A stretch of DNA of 27,368 nucleotides from Priapulus caudatus (Eukaryota). The DNA lies in NCBI RefSeq assembly GCF_000485595.1, contig NW_014577067.1:530941-558308 (forward strand), written 5' to 3'. Under the pieces are notes generated by a model. That model saw only the letters and a list, made by a program, of their open reading frames with translations, did not search any database and was not told the DNA's origin. The translations under genes and the position numbers were made by a program. Within the stretch, counting starts at the first letter, position 1. Each line of letters opens with the position of its first letter. Shown here piece after piece: positions 22,402 to 27,368 of the stretch.

Positions 22402-23184
22402 GTAATGCTTTTCTCTTTACTGATGTTATCTAGTAATGGTCCCCATGCACTACGTGTGTCCACATACTAAAAATGGAATGTTGGCTAAAATTAGGCGATT
22501 TTAGAATACCGGCGTAAACAGTAGATACACAGACCGGCGACGAATCCTTGTGAAATAGTCTATTCCGTGCATCTATCTATGAAACTCTACATGGTTTCGT
22601 GTCACGGAATTATCTCCGCTCTAGTGCGGGACTTCTCACAGAGGTCCTCACGCTTTCTTCCCATGCCTTCCCGGCTATCCGATCGCTGAGTGACCCCGTG
22701 CGACCTTGACGGAATTATCAACAGTAACTGGCTTGCGCGTAACGTTCGCGTATGTGTGGCGCGCGTGTTATGGTTTCCGCCGAAGCGCAACACCGTGTTT
22801 TCTCACGGAGTCCAGAGTAACTTCGCTGCGAAAATGCGAAAATAAACCGCCCCCCGCCGCCTGCCGCGAGACGGCTCGCAACCTGGATAAATAAACGCTA
22901 TATGCGTTTCACGGCAATTCAATAGGTTTCACCGCGCAATCGTTTCTTGCCACCGCCCAGCACCGTCGCCTCGCGGTTGTTCGGGTGGAATAGTCGCTGC
23001 TGCTCATCATCTTGCGTTTCGGAGATGAAGCAGGTCGTCTGCGCGCATTTACGTCGGTGGATAGTTGAGGAAGACATATGGTGCGTCGTCCAAGCGGCTC
23101 GTGACTCATGCGCACCGCTATAAGTATAATTACTGCGTCCATTAAATCTCACTGCTTCGCTGGATGCTCTCTCTCCCTCCCTGT

Positions 23185-23630
23185 ACGTGTGCGCGTGCGT
23201 GCATGCGTTCGTGTGTGCGTGCGTGCTTGCGTGCGTGTGTATGTGCGTGCGTGCGTGTGTGTGCATTTATGTATGCGTTACTGTGTGTAGGCCTACGTGC
23301 GTTCCTGTGTGTACGTGCGTTCCTGTGTGTACGTGCGTTCCTGTGTGTGCGCGGGTTCCCGTTTGTGCTTGCGTTGCTGTATGCGTGCGTGCGCGTGTGT
23401 GCGTGCGTACGTGCGCGTGTATGCGTGCGTACGTGCGCGTGCGTACGTGAGTGTGTGTGCGTGCGTACGGGTTCCCGTGTGTGCGTGCGTTCCTGTGTGT
23501 GCGTACGTGCGCGTACGTGCGTACCTGCGCGTGTGTGCGTACGTGCGCGTGTGTGCGTACGTGCCAGTGTGCGTGCGGTGCTGTGTGTGCATGCTTGTGC
23601 GTGCGTGTGTGTGCGTCCGCGCGTGTGTGC
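23185..23630. repeat. Compound (GT/GCGT/GTAC)n alternating purine-pyrimidine tract
   Basis: Directly visible; includes an 18-bp unit ACGTGCGTTCCTGTGTGT repeated three times. Confidence 0.92.
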
Positions 23631-24325
23631 TATATCCGTGTTATATCGCGTGTTTCCTATTATCTACTCCTGATATATATTATAGTAAATGAACAAGAAA
23701 ATTACAGGTGTCGGGCGACAGGTACGTCGTGTCTTGTAAACAGCGGAGGAATACGTAACAACGATATAGACTTCTGCGCATGTCTATATTGTGCAGCTTA
23801 GTCGACGACGACACGCGTCAAATGGTTGGTCTCTTAGCTTCCTGGAAATCGTTCTGTCTGTTGCCTGAGAAGGTAGGTTGAGCGTCAATTGACACTCGAT
23901 TTGAAACCGTGCGACTATTTAATGTGCGAGTGCGTGTGAGCAGTGGATATACAAGTAAGGTTAGCAGGTGAGGCTGTTAGATGTGGTCAGCATGACGGTG
24001 TCTTTAGCGGTCGCAAGTCACTATTGATGAATTTTAGCGAGAGAAATCGGTTAAATTAGGTTCATGTTGGCAGTCATTGTACATGCCAGCACACGTCATT
24101 TTTGCTGTTAATGTAGGCCTAGTCGGTTGCAAGCCAGGGCGTTAACTAATAGTGTAGTTTTAAACTAGTTAAATAATTTTCAGGTCACCTTTCGAGAGCG
24201 TGCCGATTATACCAGCCCCATCCTGAAGCCCTAAGAGCACATAAACTAGTTAACGGGTTCACATTACAATGCAGCAATGAACGGGGAACTTGTTTTAATG
24301 TTAAACCATATTAATCTCGGTGATG

Positions 24326-24442
24326 GTGTGTGCGTGCGTGCGTACGTACGTACGTGGGTATGTGCGTGCTTAGGTGCGAGGATGCGCACGTGCATGCGTG
24401 CGTGCGCGTTCGTGTATGAGTGTATGTACGCACGTGTGTACA

Positions 24443-24489
<47 letters not shown>

Positions 24490-24513
24490 ACACGCACACG
24501 CGCGCACACGCAC
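24326..24513. repeat. (GCGT)n / (CA)n compound microsatellite
   Basis: Directly visible. Confidence 0.92.
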
Positions 24514-26464
24514 ATCTTAGTAATACAGCATTGTACCACGGTGTGGCTTTTATATGTCGTATCCCCATGATCCTCAGTCACGCGGCTCAACGCTCTCAGT
24601 TCAGATGCCTTCTGTAAACCTAATAATCATCTACGTTTTATCGCGGCGTGGCCATTTCGGCATCTTACGCTAAATGTAAAATGCAAACGTCAATTACGTC
24701 ATTCCCTCGATGCTGTTACGTATAACGAATCCAAGTTTATCTAAATGTATCCAGAACCGTTATCTGTGCTGTAGAGTTCAGCTACGTATAGTCTCTCTCA
24801 CCCACCTCTCTCACTGGCCATCATATCGACCGAGTGCTTATTAAACCACGTCTTTTGCTTTTCCAATCACTCACATAAACTCGCAATTAATGACACAGTT
24901 AAAACGCGAAAATAATCCCCGCGATCTCTCTATAGATTCGCGTAGAGAATATCCACACAGTCGCACCACAAATCAACAGAATTTTGATTAATCGGTCAAA
25001 CTCGGGAACCGCTGTCGCTGCCACTTACGTTTTCGTAGACGTAAACGAATAGGCACCGCCGATAGCCGCTTGCCTCGTGAGAGATGTCTATGTAGTCAAG
25101 CCACGAGAGAGACACGTACCGCGTTTCGTTGAAAGACTAGCTCCTAAAAACGCAACACGGTAAATTAATCAAGCTTTTCCATTAGCGAACGTAGGTCCGA
25201 TGCGCATCGGTGCGCCGTAGAATCGCAATTAAAAGTTGCACGCCGCCTCGCGCCGCCACTGAAGCCGCGCGCTCGTCTGCGGCTGGAGCAGCAGCAGCAC
25301 CTAAATGCTTGCTGGTCATGTGGACTGGGCAATTTCGCGCCGTTGTGGCGCGATGGGGAGTGGGAGGCTAGTGGCGGCAGTGCGATGTGCGAGCCTTATC
25401 GGGCCGTCGCATCCGTAACATCTACGTCGACTTTTCTGAACAACGACGGCTTACCATCGTCGTTTATATTAGACTAATGTTAAATCAGAGAGCGTGTTTG
25501 CGCGATTACTAGCGGTGCTACGCGGAATTTGAATTGCGCGGACGGGCGCAAGTTTATAGTAAACACCGCATACCTATCCCACCCAGGCACCCCTTCCCCC
25601 TGCGTACATGGGCATCCGCGGAGATGCGGATATATTATTGCAGCGCAGCTACATCTAGTTATTTACGTTTGCTGTCTGCGTCGTTAGCGTGTTGTCATCA
25701 GCGCATAATAATGACAGCCATGATATACAACGATTACGGTACACGATGTGTATGTAAACTACGGCTGATTGATGGCCAGGGGTCGTTGCATTGAGTTGGG
25801 CTTATACTTCGGCTTTGTGCCTATAGTACGCACAAACAGCTAGCGCGATACACGGTATCGCACGCCGAAATTTACCATTAGCATATAAAGTCACGCTAGT
25901 ATATTATCGTGGGCGTGATATATAATTTATTTCGACATATATGAAATACGGACCTTTACTAATATCGTATTGTGGCGATGATATGTTGGATAGATATGAA
26001 TCCCATAATTCACGCTGCAGCGAGGCCTCAACCGAACATCGACAACGGGCGCTCTATCATAATCTGTAACCACCAATGATAGCTGCATAGGAGCGTACAT
26101 GAGATTGCAAATGCCACTGATGATGCCAACCAAAATAAACAACGTGCTAACCAGTGATAACGCGACCGGACGCAATTTCGCGCTGAAGCTCATTATTATA
26201 TGGTCTGAGGCGCAATCGTTTATTTTGTCGATCTGTTTCTAAACGTACCGTTTATTTCTGATGGTGAGCTATACACAGTTGCCATGTGTAAAAATTAATG
26301 TGAGCGCGCAGCGCAAGAACTAATGGATGGGGTCCAAAGAATGAAAAATCAAGCCTCTGTATGCCTTAAACAGAGAAATAAACACGCTTGTAGAGCACTT
26401 CTGATTCATATCCAAACTTCTAATTTTACTGTAGTCCGCTAGTGTTGTAAATAAAGGTTATCTA

Positions 26465-26576
26465 CGGAAATTGCTGTTTCGTTAAAAAATAAAGGGAAAA
26501 ATCGTAGTGGCGGAAATGGAATAAGAAAGCGGAAATTTTCCGCAAAAATCGGAAGGGTTGGGACTCGGGAGGTCTG
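26465..26576. mobile_element. Possible single end of a hAT-like MITE
   Basis: Repeated CGGAAAT motifs ending GGAAGGGTTGGGA...GGTCTG; no partner end found. Confidence 0.35.
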
Positions 26577-26700
26577 CCACTCAATAAGAATTCAAATTAC
26601 ATAGACTAGACCCAAAGATTGAAAGGCACCATTTCGAGCCTATGGAGTAGAATTAATATTGTCATTAATTGCTCCTGTGAACTGTGTACAGGAGCTGACT

Positions 26701-26774
26701 GGGGGGCAACTGTGGGGCAAAGCCTTTGACGGGGTGAGCATTCCCCCCCCAGGCCCCCCCTTGGTGCCGCCACT
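26701..26774. mobile_element. Possible single end of a GC-rich MITE
   Basis: G-runs and C-runs ending CCCCCCCTTGGTGCCGCCACT; no partner end found. Confidence 0.3.
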
Positions 26775-27368
26775 CACTTACGCCTGAGCTACACTAGTCA
26801 TCATTACACCACGATTACTGATGGCGACAACGACAACGTACCCAAGCTTGGTCACACACACCATGGCTAGCTATAGCCCTGGACGTTTATTCCTTAGGGA
26901 CTGTCCAGTATAGAAGTAGAAGAAGAACGATCACGATACAATGAATGCATATTTTACTGTTTTAACTCTGTAAGTCTTCACTTATTACAGAATCAGTAAA
27001 ACATATATTTGTTTGCGATTTTAATATTTTCTGAGATGCCTTCACGACGGATAAATGAACAAAAAATAAATATAAAATTCTCGTTGTCCGCTTGAAGCGA
27101 CTCTTACGTGCCGTGTCAATATCCGGTGGCACTAGGTTCGCAGTTCCGTTTGGCAACAACACGTTTGTATTATATTATTTTTATTTATTTATTTATTAGT
27201 TTAAAGACGTTGGTAACAAATATGTCAACATGAGCCAGGGCTAGTAGTAGCTGCCCTGCCTCTACCCTACCCCTGGCACTGGCAGCAAGAACAAGTCGGC
27301 ACCTGCAGCTACAGCACACACGCGGCCATTGACTTGCTGCCAGTGTCAGTGACAAGTTCAAGTTGTTC

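Larger units (their letters stand above)
20630..26193 (-). pseudogene. Tentative decayed or divergent multi-exon gene, membrane protein of unknown family
   Basis: Six candidate AG/GT-bounded exons join in phase given one frameshift and four internal stops; hydrophobic N- and C-termini; AATAAA at 20413-18 on the minus strand. See findings. Confidence 0.3.

Noticed and set aside
19662..22807. Su(H)/CSL-type sites (TGTGGGAA, TTCTCACA, TTCTCACG) and CAGCTG E-boxes
   Set aside because: Roughly the number expected by chance in 27 kb; no canonical paired-site spacing and no Notch target gene seen.
22919..23117. Neuropeptide-precursor-like LGGGKKR in a minus-strand frame
   Set aside because: A single site with no repeated peptide and no supported link to a signal peptide.
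20750..23820. Selenoprotein reading of the in-frame TGA codons in the cryptic gene
   Set aside because: The model also needs a TAG and a frameshift, and I saw no SECIS element; decay is the simpler explanation.
23108..24617. Cys/Val/Arg- and His/Thr-rich ORFs
   Set aside because: Translations of GT/GCGT/CA repeats, not metallothionein-like proteins.

Overview
Eukaryotic (animal, probably invertebrate) genomic DNA; I cannot identify the species from the sequence. (1) 1-12488, minus strand: the 5' part of a CABIN1 gene (calcineurin-binding protein 1, HIRA/H3.3 chaperone subunit). I traced 23 phase-consistent GT-AG coding exons (~1021 aa); the gene runs off the left edge, and its introns hold several MITEs and microsatellites. 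(2) ~12.5-18.9 kb: a spacer packed with transposon sequence. It contains tiny palindromic elements, TIR elements carrying a 210-bp tandem repeat, a 25-N assembly gap with error-rich flanks, and a decayed Ty3/Gypsy element (gag knuckle, RNase H, integrase, PPT, 3' LTR) interrupted by a MITE. (3) 18992-19480, plus strand: an intact U1 snRNP C (SNRPC) CDS with no introns, head-to-head with CABIN1, preceded by a strong 3' splice site and followed by a hAT MITE. (4) ~20.6-26.2 kb: a Helentron/DINE-type element, two long alternating purine-pyrimidine tracts, and what may be a decayed multi-exon membrane-protein gene on the minus strand that the ORF track misses (tentative). I found no firmly supported novel system. 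The best leads are the cryptic minus-strand gene or its TM micropeptide, the retrogene-like SNRPC with TE-shaped ends, and a family of 65-87 bp palindromic elements.
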